From Bacteroidota bacterium (GTDB lineage: Bacteria > Bacteroidota > Bacteroidia > AKYH767-A > OLB10), in assembly GCA_031423735.1 (NCBI GenBank), contig JANPGA010000023.1:1-35166 (forward strand): a stretch of DNA of 35,166 nt. The letters are read 5' to 3'. The notes under the pieces were generated by a model. It worked only from the letters and a program-made list of their open reading frames with translations, was not told the origin of the DNA and did not search any database. Shown here in pieces: positions 25,437 to 33,421 of the stretch. Every line of letters starts with the position of its first letter. Position 1 is the first letter of the stretch. Position numbers and translations under genes: made by a program.

Positions 25437-26579
25437 TTATTTGGCTTTTACTAAAGATCCTTCTTCGTAAACCTTTGCTAACTTACTTGCAATACTTAAC
25501 CAATTAAACTCTTCCTTCACCATCAACTTTGCTGCTTCACCCATTGCTAAATGAGATCCATTTTCAAAGAAAACATCAAATGCTCCTAGTGCCTTTGCGA
25601 TTGAACTTGGGTTTGTTTCGTGCAAATGAATTCCACAGTTTTTCTTTTCAACAAGTTCTCCTACATTTGTTGCTGTACTTACCAAAAGCGGTTTAGTTAA
25701 TGCAGCAGCTTCTAAAACTGCAGTTGGCGATCCTTCTGATCGAGATGGATGACAAAACAAATCCATATTTGCAATTCGATTAAGTTTATCCTTTCCATAA
25801 CGCGCTCCCATAAAATGAACTCGATCAACGATTCTATGTACTCGCACTTGTTCTTCCAGAATAGGACGATCAGGGCCATCACCTATTAACCACAATTCAC
25901 CTTTACCTCCTTCTAAAAGATAAGAAGCAAAACCATCAATTAACAAATCAAGTCCTTTATAATAAATATCTAATCGGCCACAAAATCCAATAACAGGACT
26001 ATGCTTACGATTCATTTTATGGTAATCAAAAATTAACTCTTCAAAATTTTGACCATTGGGGATAATAATTTTGTTGTCGAGTTTAATAATATTTGAAATA
26101 TGATCGAATTCACTTTGACCTAAGAAATGAACTTTTTTTGCATCTCGTAAAATCGTTTTTTCATATCTTTGAATATAAAGTTTTTTTAGCCATTTACTTT
26201 TATCTAGCGCTATCGAATTAAATGCTCCATGTGGTGTGTATACATACGCAATCTTCATGTCTTTTAAAAGAAGAGTTACTTTATAAAAATCTGCAATGAA
26301 TGCTCCATGTATATGAAAAATTGTAGAACGAGGTAAACGAGAAATTGCGTATGAAAGATGTGGATCTAAATCACGATAAAATGGTTGAGCACGAAATAAT
26401 TTTGTTGGGAATTTTCGTGGGAAGACTTCTGTAGTAACATTTTTTGTAATACCCCAAATCTCCACATCGTATCCTAACTCAAATAAATGACTTGCATGAT
26501 TATGAGCAACCTTATTAACCCCGTTCATACGATTGGGATTGGCCTTTCCTAAAACCAAATGAATAATTTTGCAGGTCAT
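25437..26579 (-). CDS. GT4/GT1-family glycosyltransferase
   Basis: 380 aa. PSRSEGSPTAVLEAAALTKPLLVSTATNVGELV (EX7E-type motif). N-terminal HLVLGKANPNRMNGVNKV. Confidence 0.85.
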   Translation of the reverse strand: MTCKIIHLVLGKANPNRMNGVNKVAHNHASHLFELGYDVEIWGITKNVTTEVFPRKFPTKLFRAQPFYRDLDPHLSYAISRLPRSTIFHIHGAFIADFYKVTLLLKDMKIAYVYTPHGAFNSIALDKSKWLKKLYIQRYEKTILRDAKKVHFLGQSEFDHISNIIKLDNKIIIPNGQNFEELIFDYHKMNRKHSPVIGFCGRLDIYYKGLDLLIDGFASYLLEGGKGELWLIGDGPDRPILEEQVRVHRIVDRVHFMGARYGKDKLNRIANMDLFCHPSRSEGSPTAVLEAAALTKPLLVSTATNVGELVEKKNCGIHLHETNPSSIAKALGAFDVFFENGSHLAMGEAAKLMVKEEFNWLSIASKLAKVYEEGSLVKAK

Positions 26580-26665
26580 AATCTGCTTATTATACGTCGT
26601 ATTTATTTTTTAGTTTAGCTAAAGATTGCCAATTCAAAAAATAATAGAACAAAAATTAATTTTAA

Positions 26666-27928
26666 TTATAGATGCTTTAACTCTTTGCGCAAGCTTATCA
26701 AATAAATTACTAACGTGATTATTTGCGTAATCATTAATCCAGCAACCACTCCATTAATTCCAAAGGCTTTTATTATTGGATACGCAAATAGAATGCTAAA
26801 TGCAGAACTTGCAATAAATGAGATAAAAATTAGTTTCGTTTTTTCTAAAGTACGAATTGCATACCGAAGTGGATATCCTAAAAAGACGATAACATATAAT
26901 CCACAGAAACCAATTAGCAAATGTCGATATTCAATAAAATCACCACCATAACATGCATGTATGATTTCAGTGCTAAAAATGGCAATTAATCCAAGCATCG
27001 TTAACGTGATGCATCCCATTTGTAAAGTAAATTTCCATAGATAACGAAACATCATTTCCTTGCCACCGATTCTTTGGAAATTAGATGCACGAGCTGGAAT
27101 TATATTCTCCATTGCAAGAAATAAAACATGCGTAACACCTACAATATTTTGTGCCATTCGTGTTGCACCAACTGCTTGTGGACCTAAAATAGCACCTGCA
27201 GCAATTATAAATAAATTTCCTGAAAACCATTGCAACAATGCAGTTGCTGTTAGCCATTTGCTAAAATCCCAATGTTCAGTTACAACGTCTTTAATATTTT
27301 GAAGATTAAATCGTAACTCCTTTAATGACCATAATGCAACTAATGATGCATATAAAAAAAATACTGCCGTAAGTAATAAAACAAATTGTGCATCCATTGA
27401 TCTCACAAAATGAATACAAAATGCACTTACCAAAACCCCTCCATATGCAATGGTATCAATAATAATAGATACATGTGGCTTTCCAGTAACAAAAAAATAT
27501 CTTCTAAAAAAATCCTGAAGTAGAAAAGAAAATACCGCTAAAGGAAATGCTAAAATAATACTATTTACATTCCATCCCTTTAACACATATCCCATAAAAA
27601 CAACAGTTATAAAAGACAAAATCCCCATTAATGAGGCAAATAAAATTTGTTTAATAACTAATGCTTGTAAATAACTTTCTTGCTGAACAGGCGATTTTTT
27701 CCCTGTTAAGGTTTGCATTGGTGCAATGATGAATGGTTGATTGATACTACTTGCGATAAGTACACCTATCCAAGCAATACTATAAATACCAAAACCATTT
27801 ATTCCTAAGTACCTCGCTAAAACGATACTCGATAAAAAACTAAATCCACTTACTATAGCCTGATCCGCGTAAACTAGTATAGAACTGTTACGCTGTAAAA
27901 GTCGGGGTATTGAAATTGAAATACTCAT
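26666..27928 (-). CDS. Wzx-type oligosaccharide flippase (MOP superfamily)
   Basis: 420 aa with ~12 TM helices. N-terminal ...ILVYADQAIVSGFSFLSSIVLARYLG is characteristic of polysaccharide flippases. It sits between the Wzc-like and GT genes. Confidence 0.8.
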   Translation of the reverse strand: MSISISIPRLLQRNSSILVYADQAIVSGFSFLSSIVLARYLGINGFGIYSIAWIGVLIASSINQPFIIAPMQTLTGKKSPVQQESYLQALVIKQILFASLMGILSFITVVFMGYVLKGWNVNSIILAFPLAVFSFLLQDFFRRYFFVTGKPHVSIIIDTIAYGGVLVSAFCIHFVRSMDAQFVLLLTAVFFLYASLVALWSLKELRFNLQNIKDVVTEHWDFSKWLTATALLQWFSGNLFIIAAGAILGPQAVGATRMAQNIVGVTHVLFLAMENIIPARASNFQRIGGKEMMFRYLWKFTLQMGCITLTMLGLIAIFSTEIIHACYGGDFIEYRHLLIGFCGLYVIVFLGYPLRYAIRTLEKTKLIFISFIASSAFSILFAYPIIKAFGINGVVAGLMITQIITLVIYLISLRKELKHL

Positions 27929-27934
27929 ATATTA

Positions 27935-30238
27935 CTACCAAACAAATAAATTTGTAAGCTGAGGGGTTGTTCGTTTAGTTATTGAAGCTTTTAATTTTCC
28001 TGTGCTAATATAACCTGTATGATTACGTTTTTCTTTCATAGCATTTAAAACAAAATGTACTTCCTGTAGTCGATATTCCTCTTTAATTATTTCTGCATTT
28101 GCAATCAATTCATCCCGACCAGAATCTGCACGAACAACATATAAATTCAAATCACTCCATTTCATAAATGGTATTGCATCTGTGTATTCTCCTACTTCAG
28201 GAGTATCAATAATTACAGCATCGTATTGACTTTTCAACTCATCGATTATTTCCTTAGTACGTTGCGTGGCCACTAAATGTCCTAATGGAGAACTCTCCAT
28301 GCCTGCAGTAATAATATCCAAATTCGGAATTGATGTTAATTGAATTACATCTTGTATTGAACGATGATTTATATAAACTTCACTAATTCCTTCTGATCCA
28401 CGAGCATCAAACAGTTGTCCTAAACAAGGTTTATAGGTGTTCAAGTCGATCATAATAACTTTTTTGTCCATTGCCGCAAAAGTTCTTGCTAAATTTGTTG
28501 CAACAAATGATTTTCCCTCTCCACGTCTAGTACTCGTTACAGTAATAACCATCGAATCATTAGAATTTCGATTCATCATTATACGTGTACTTAATGCAGT
28601 AAAAGCTTTATACGCAGGTTCCTCTTTTCTTAACTTCTCAATTTGACCAATAACTGGAATACTACTATTTGGTGATAAATCTTCTGGTGCATTAACCGTT
28701 GGATTTATATAATGACGGAAATATGAAAACACAACACCAATTATTAATCCTAAAAATAATGCAACACCCCAAACTACATTCGTTCGCGGGGAAACAACTT
28801 CTAACGGTAATGTAGCAACTTCTAACACTTTATTAAACGATACATTCACCTGTCGGGTGATCATGGCTTCTGTTCGCTTTTCAATTAAAAAGTTATAGAT
28901 TTTTTCATACAAATAATAATTGCCTGTAAGTTCTTCCAACGTACTTTCCTTTTCAGGAACGCCTTTAAATGTTGCACGTTCATCATCAATTGCAAGATAT
29001 AATTCATCTTGCTTTGCTAATAATTTTCGTCTTGTATTATTTATACTTTCAACAAGAAAAGCCTTTTGTTGAACAATCTCTGCGTCAACATTTTTTAATC
29101 GATCATTATCTGCTGTGTACTTATGAAGCAATTCATCGTGCTCGCGTAGTTTGCTATTTAAATGGGTAACTGCATCTGTAAATAATGGATCTTGTATTGA
29201 ACCATATTCGGGTCCTGAAAAACGGATTTCTTTATTTTTACGCAAATAATCACTCATGTTTTCTAGTGAAGCAAGTTGCATGTTTAAATCAACCTTTTGA
29301 ATTTCCAATTGACCTAATGTTTTATACGTTGCTTCAGTAGCTTGAGGAATATTTACAATATCATTTTTAATACGATAATCTTTAATGGCATTACGAGCAT
29401 TTTCTAATTCAAGACTTACAATCGCTAATTGCTGATTAATAAAATCAACAGTATTTCCAGCAATATCTTTTTTATCTTCTATACTTTGATCAATATATGA
29501 TTGTGCAATGGCATTCACCATCTTCACTGCCTTTTCAGGAATTGGATGTGAATAATAAACCTTAATAATATTTACATCCTTATCAACCGCTTTAACTAAA
29601 TAATCTCTTGTTAAATATTTATTCGTTAATGCATTACTCGAATAAACTATAAATTTCCAAGGTGCAGCTAAATATTGATTAGTTCTATATTTAATAACGG
29701 CTTCGTTTTTATGAAGTGTTAAGCAAACACCTCGATCACAAATCTCCTTTTCAAACTCTCCTTCTTTTTCTACCTCAGTACCGATAATACTATACGTGAT
29801 TTTAAATTTATTTCCTGATACATAACGAAACTCATAGTCACGATTATAAAAAGTACTATCTGAAATTTTAAAATCAACTTTGAATGGTGTTTCACTATAA
29901 ATTTCTTCAGTCTTTAATTCACCTTCTTTATAATACTCCACATAAAAATCTAATCGTTCTAATGCTTTTTCGAAAAAATTTTTGGATTTTAAAACCTCCA
30001 CTTCTGTTTGAACTTTATTGTTGCTTTTAAAAACATCAAAGTCACGATATAAATTGGAACTCGCCATTCCTTGTTGTGGATCTTCTATTTTTAAAGTAGC
30101 ACTTGCTTGGTATTCTGGTGTTACCATATACAAATAGCGTGTTGCTACTATACTTGCAATCATGATGCAAATTAGCACAATATACCAACGTTTTTTTAAT
30201 GGGTATAAAATATGAGATAAGGTTCCTGGTGAGCGCAT
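27935..30238 (-). CDS. Wzc-like polysaccharide co-polymerase / BY-kinase-type P-loop protein (GumC/Wzz domain plus CpsD-like ATPase)
   Basis: 767 aa. N-terminal TM then PEYQASATLKIED (Wzz motif), a long coiled-coil periplasmic region and a second TM. Walker A TSTRRGEGKSFVATNLA; Walker B YDAVIIDTPEVG. No C-terminal tyrosine cluster (see findings). Confidence 0.85.
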   Translation of the reverse strand: MRSPGTLSHILYPLKKRWYIVLICIMIASIVATRYLYMVTPEYQASATLKIEDPQQGMASSNLYRDFDVFKSNNKVQTEVEVLKSKNFFEKALERLDFYVEYYKEGELKTEEIYSETPFKVDFKISDSTFYNRDYEFRYVSGNKFKITYSIIGTEVEKEGEFEKEICDRGVCLTLHKNEAVIKYRTNQYLAAPWKFIVYSSNALTNKYLTRDYLVKAVDKDVNIIKVYYSHPIPEKAVKMVNAIAQSYIDQSIEDKKDIAGNTVDFINQQLAIVSLELENARNAIKDYRIKNDIVNIPQATEATYKTLGQLEIQKVDLNMQLASLENMSDYLRKNKEIRFSGPEYGSIQDPLFTDAVTHLNSKLREHDELLHKYTADNDRLKNVDAEIVQQKAFLVESINNTRRKLLAKQDELYLAIDDERATFKGVPEKESTLEELTGNYYLYEKIYNFLIEKRTEAMITRQVNVSFNKVLEVATLPLEVVSPRTNVVWGVALFLGLIIGVVFSYFRHYINPTVNAPEDLSPNSSIPVIGQIEKLRKEEPAYKAFTALSTRIMMNRNSNDSMVITVTSTRRGEGKSFVATNLARTFAAMDKKVIMIDLNTYKPCLGQLFDARGSEGISEVYINHRSIQDVIQLTSIPNLDIITAGMESSPLGHLVATQRTKEIIDELKSQYDAVIIDTPEVGEYTDAIPFMKWSDLNLYVVRADSGRDELIANAEIIKEEYRLQEVHFVLNAMKEKRNHTGYISTGKLKASITKRTTPQLTNLFVW

Positions 30239-30240
30239 AA

Positions 30241-30996
30241 TTATTTTTTTGAAACGCTGTACACTAATGCAATTGCTGTAATTAAACTTGCGAGAGGTAT
30301 TAACTTAGCCGAAAATCTATCGAATTTTTTTCCGCCTGAAGGTGGAATGTAAACTATATCGTTCGGATAAACTCTCGTATCACTTAAGGAGGTATTTGTC
30401 ATGTCGATAACAAATGATTCTTTCCCTCTAATAATTTTTATTTTAGTTGTCTTGGAATAATCTGTAAATCCAGAAGCTTTTGCAACAAGGTCAGCTAAGC
30501 GAATATTATCAGCACTAAACAAATAAATTCCTGCGCGTTGTACTTCTCCAATTATGGTAACTTCATTATTAAGAATTCGCAAATTAATTATCGGATTTAC
30601 AACAAATTTCGAATAGGCTTTTTCAAGTACACTTTTCGCTTCATTTAAAGTAAGTCCTTCTAACTTCGTAATTCCAATTTGAGGAAGATTCACTTCGCCA
30701 TTTGCATCTAACATTAACCATTTTCCTGTTTCTTCTTGAACATTATAAATGTTATGAACCGAACCAACACTTAAATCTTCATGACCCCAAATACTAATTG
30801 AAATTTTATCGTTGGGTTGCAAAAGTTTCGCTGTTGATTCAGGAGAATCAGTATTCTGTTTTGATGGTGTTGACTTTTGCGAATCATTAGTATGAGAATA
30901 CAAAACATACTTATTGCATGAACTAAAAATGCAGATGCTGAAAATCAGCAAAAGCAAGGTTCTGGTAAAATTAAAATTGTCACTTTTTGTATACAT
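30241..30996 (-). CDS. Wza-like polysaccharide export outer-membrane lipoprotein (Poly_export + SLBB)
   Basis: Lipobox ...ICIFSSCNK. LLQPNDKISISIWGHEDLS (Poly_export). EVTIIGEVQRAGIYLF (SLBB). First gene of the co-directional block. Confidence 0.85.
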   Translation of the reverse strand: MYTKSDNFNFTRTLLLLIFSICIFSSCNKYVLYSHTNDSQKSTPSKQNTDSPESTAKLLQPNDKISISIWGHEDLSVGSVHNIYNVQEETGKWLMLDANGEVNLPQIGITKLEGLTLNEAKSVLEKAYSKFVVNPIINLRILNNEVTIIGEVQRAGIYLFSADNIRLADLVAKASGFTDYSKTTKIKIIRGKESFVIDMTNTSLSDTRVYPNDIVYIPPSGGKKFDRFSAKLIPLASLITAIALVYSVSKK

Positions 30997-31292
30997 GATT
31001 TTAAATTCAAAAACGAATGTTGAGTAAACACTTCATCTCTTAGCGTAATTAAACTCATTTTGGTACAAAAAGGTTGCAATTTTTCGAAAAGATTACAACA
31101 ACAAAAATTAAAATTTATCCTTAAATAACTATTTATATACGCAATAAAATGAAATAAGTTACATTGAAATTGAGTTTATAATCACAACGCCAATAATGTT
31201 TCTCCAAACTTGAAAAAATTAAACGCAAAAAACAATTCGAGGTGCATTATCATTAAAAAGAATAACTTATTTTCGCATTAATAAGAAACACC

Positions 31293-31727
31293 ATGAACGT
31301 TAAAATCATCAATCAATCTCATCACGCATTACCTGGATATGAAACAATTGCTTCGGCAGGAATGGATCTTAGAGCCAATCTTGATTCCATTATAACCATT
31401 CAACCTTTGCAGCGTGTTATGATCCCTACAGGATTATCCATCGAATTACCAATGGGTTACGAAGCGCAAGTTCGTCCCAGAAGTGGTTTAGCTTGGAAAC
31501 ATGGCTTAACTGTTTTAAATAGCCCTGGAACTATTGATGCAGATTATAGAGGTGAAATAAAAGTTATATTAGTGAATCTAAGCAATGATGTTTTTGAAAT
31601 TAAGGATGGTGAACGTATCGCTCAAATGGTTGTTGCTGCCCATGCACGTGTAGAGTGGGAAACAACTACCGAATTAGAAGAAACCGCTCGTGGAGCTGGT
31701 GGATTTGGAAGTACGGGGAAGGGGTGA
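31293..31727 (+). CDS. dut: dUTP diphosphatase
   Basis: 144 aa. [35 protein letters not shown] and the C-terminal [10 protein letters not shown] are the five trimeric dUTPase motifs. Confidence 0.95.
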   Translation: MNVKIINQSHHALPGYETIASAGMDLRANLDSIITIQPLQRVMIPTGLSIELPMGYEAQVRPRSGLAWKHGLTVLNSPGTIDADYRGEIKVILVNLSNDVFEIKDGERIAQMVVAAHARVEWETTTELEETARGAGGFGSTGKG

Positions 31728-31737
31728 AGAAATTAAA

Positions 31738-31761
31738 AATGAGGAATGAGGAATGAGGAAT
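31738..31761 (+). repeat. Tandem heptamer array (AATGAGG)x3 plus partial AAT
   Basis: Read directly: aatgagg aatgagg aatgagg aat. It begins 11 nt after the dut stop and ends 16 nt before the stop of the antisense four-helix-bundle gene. Confidence 0.9.
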
Positions 31762-31776
31762 TAATCCCCCACTTTT

Positions 31777-32133
31777 TTAGGCTTGCGTTTTTAAGGTTAG
31801 TTGTATTTTCCCTAAAATATTTGAAATGTCGGTTGCATCTTTTAAGAAACTATTTGCTTCTTTAGTTGATAGATAATCTGTTGCTTCAAGTAATTTAATC
31901 CAAAAGATTGTTTCTCTTGATTCTTTGTAACTGATGCTTATTTTAGCCTTGAAATCTGCGCGAGATTGTGCGCCTTCCGATTCTTCAACGTTTGCACCAA
32001 TGGAAGTTCCACACTTTAACAACTGTTTTGAGAGTATGAATTCCTTCTTTTCCTTAATAAGATACTGATAAACCCTGACAATTCGAATTGCGAAGGCGAA
32101 ACTTTTGTCCTGAATAAGATTGATTTTTGCCAT
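31777..32133 (-). CDS. Four-helix-bundle protein (23S rRNA intervening-sequence protein / TIGR02436, Avd-like)
   Basis: MAKINLIQDKSFAFAIRIVRVYQYL...LLKCGTSIGANVEESEGAQSRADFKAKISISYKESRETIFWIKLL is the family hallmark (GANIAEG-like, S-x-DF, KE-xx-ET-x-YWL). The 118-aa length fits the family. The longer track ORF (start 32232) adds a non-conserved hydrophobic extension. Confidence 0.85.
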   Translation of the reverse strand: MAKINLIQDKSFAFAIRIVRVYQYLIKEKKEFILSKQLLKCGTSIGANVEESEGAQSRADFKAKISISYKESRETIFWIKLLEATDYLSTKEANSFLKDATDISNILGKIQLTLKTQA

Positions 32134-32261
32134 TGTAAATGTTTTTATGATAAAATTGATTTGAAAAATGTTTAAGCAAATAAAGTTCATTTTATTATTT
32201 CTACCAAATAACCATTTCAAAACCACCCTCATTAGTAGATAATTCCTAAATTCCTCACTCT

Positions 32262-32287
32262 TCTCCCGATAGCTATCGGGACCTCAT
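32262..32287. repeat. 26-bp element TCTCCCGATAGCTATCGGGACCTCAT, copy 1 (contains the perfect 16-bp palindrome CCCGATAGCTATCGGG)
   Basis: Identical to copy 2, 65 bp downstream. GC-rich hairpin in an otherwise AT-rich spacer. Confidence 0.9.
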
Positions 32288-32326
32288 GCCTCATTTATTA
32301 ACTAACTTATCTATCTTAATAAGTCC

Positions 32327-32352
32327 TCTCCCGATAGCTATCGGGACCTCAT
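32327..32352. repeat. 26-bp element TCTCCCGATAGCTATCGGGACCTCAT, copy 2
   Basis: Exact direct repeat of 32262-32287. Confidence 0.9.
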
Positions 32353-32419
32353 ATTACAAGTCCTAATTATCTAATTTCGCAGCATATACTTTCACAATTA
32401 GCGATAAATTATTTAAGAA

Positions 32420-33421
32420 ATGAAAATCATCGTTCCAATGGCAGGTATGGGAAAAAGGATGCGCCCTCATACCCTAACAACTCCCAAACCTCTTATCCCT
32501 GTTGCAGGAAAACCAATTGTTCAACATCTTGTTGAAGATATTATTCGAATGTGCAACCAAAAGGTAGATGAAATCGCTTATGTAGTAGGTCATTTTGGTG
32601 CTGAAGCAGAGAAAAACCTAATCAAAATTGCAGAATCGCTAGGAGCTAAAGGAACCATCCATTATCAAGATACACCACTTGGAACGGCTCATGCAATTCT
32701 TTGTGCCGAGTCAGCGTTATCAGGGCCAGTGGTTGTCGCTTTTGCGGATACCTTATTTAGTGCTGATTTTAATATGGATCCCGAATGTGATGGCGTTATT
32801 TGGGTGAAGCAAATAGAAGATCCTCGTCAGTTTGGAGTTGTGAAAACAAATAAGGATCAGGTAATTACAGATTTTGTTGAGAAGCCTCAAGAATTTGTAA
32901 GTGACCTTGCGATTATCGGGATTTACTATGTTAAGGATGGCGATAATTTGAAAAAAGAATTGCAATACCTTATTGATAACGATATAAAAGACAAAGGGGA
33001 GTATCAATTAACCAATGCATTAGAAAATATGAAGACTAAAGGCCTTCGATTAAAAGCTGGAAAAGTTGATGAATGGTTGGATTGTGGAAATAAAGATGCT
33101 ACCGTTTTTACTAATCGTCGTGTTTTAGAAATTAAATATCCAACCTCTTATATTGCAAAAACAGCAACTGTTACTAATTCTGTAGTTATTGCTCCTTGTC
33201 ATATAGGTGAACATGTAGTTTTAGAAAATTCGGTTGTTGGACCGTTTACTTCGATAGGTAACAATAGTAAAATCATTGGAAGCGTAGTTAAAAACAGTAT
33301 TATTAGAGACCACACTTCAATTAAAGATGCTGGTTTAGATAATTCATTAGTAGGAAATCACGTTCATTACAAGCAAAAGCTCAACGATTTAAGCATGGGC
33401 GACTATACCACAGAATCATGA
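32420..33421 (+). CDS. Sugar-phosphate nucleotidyltransferase (NTP_transferase domain plus C-terminal left-handed beta-helix)
   Basis: MKIIVPMAGMGKRMRPHTLTTPKPLIPVAGKPIV (the G-x-G-x-R signature of sugar-1-P nucleotidyltransferases). C-terminal hexapeptide-like repeats VVLENSVVGPFTSIGNNSKIIGSVVKNSII. Substrate not assignable. Confidence 0.85.
   Translation: MKIIVPMAGMGKRMRPHTLTTPKPLIPVAGKPIVQHLVEDIIRMCNQKVDEIAYVVGHFGAEAEKNLIKIAESLGAKGTIHYQDTPLGTAHAILCAESALSGPVVVAFADTLFSADFNMDPECDGVIWVKQIEDPRQFGVVKTNKDQVITDFVEKPQEFVSDLAIIGIYYVKDGDNLKKELQYLIDNDIKDKGEYQLTNALENMKTKGLRLKAGKVDEWLDCGNKDATVFTNRRVLEIKYPTSYIAKTATVTNSVVIAPCHIGEHVVLENSVVGPFTSIGNNSKIIGSVVKNSIIRDHTSIKDAGLDNSLVGNHVHYKQKLNDLSMGDYTTES

Noticed and set aside
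31777-32133. Diversity-generating retroelement (the protein family is Avd-like)
   Set aside because: No reverse transcriptase ORF, and no template/variable repeat pair with adenine-specific differences, is visible anywhere in the window.
32134-32232. Extended N-terminus of the four-helix-bundle ORF
   Set aside because: Family members are ~115-125 aa and begin close to the MAKI... position. The extension is hydrophobic, non-conserved-looking and runs toward the flanking repeat region.
32238-32352. Integron attC-type recombination sites flanking a gene cassette
   Set aside because: I could not find the RYYYAAC / GTTRRRY core sites, and no intI-like integrase is in the window.
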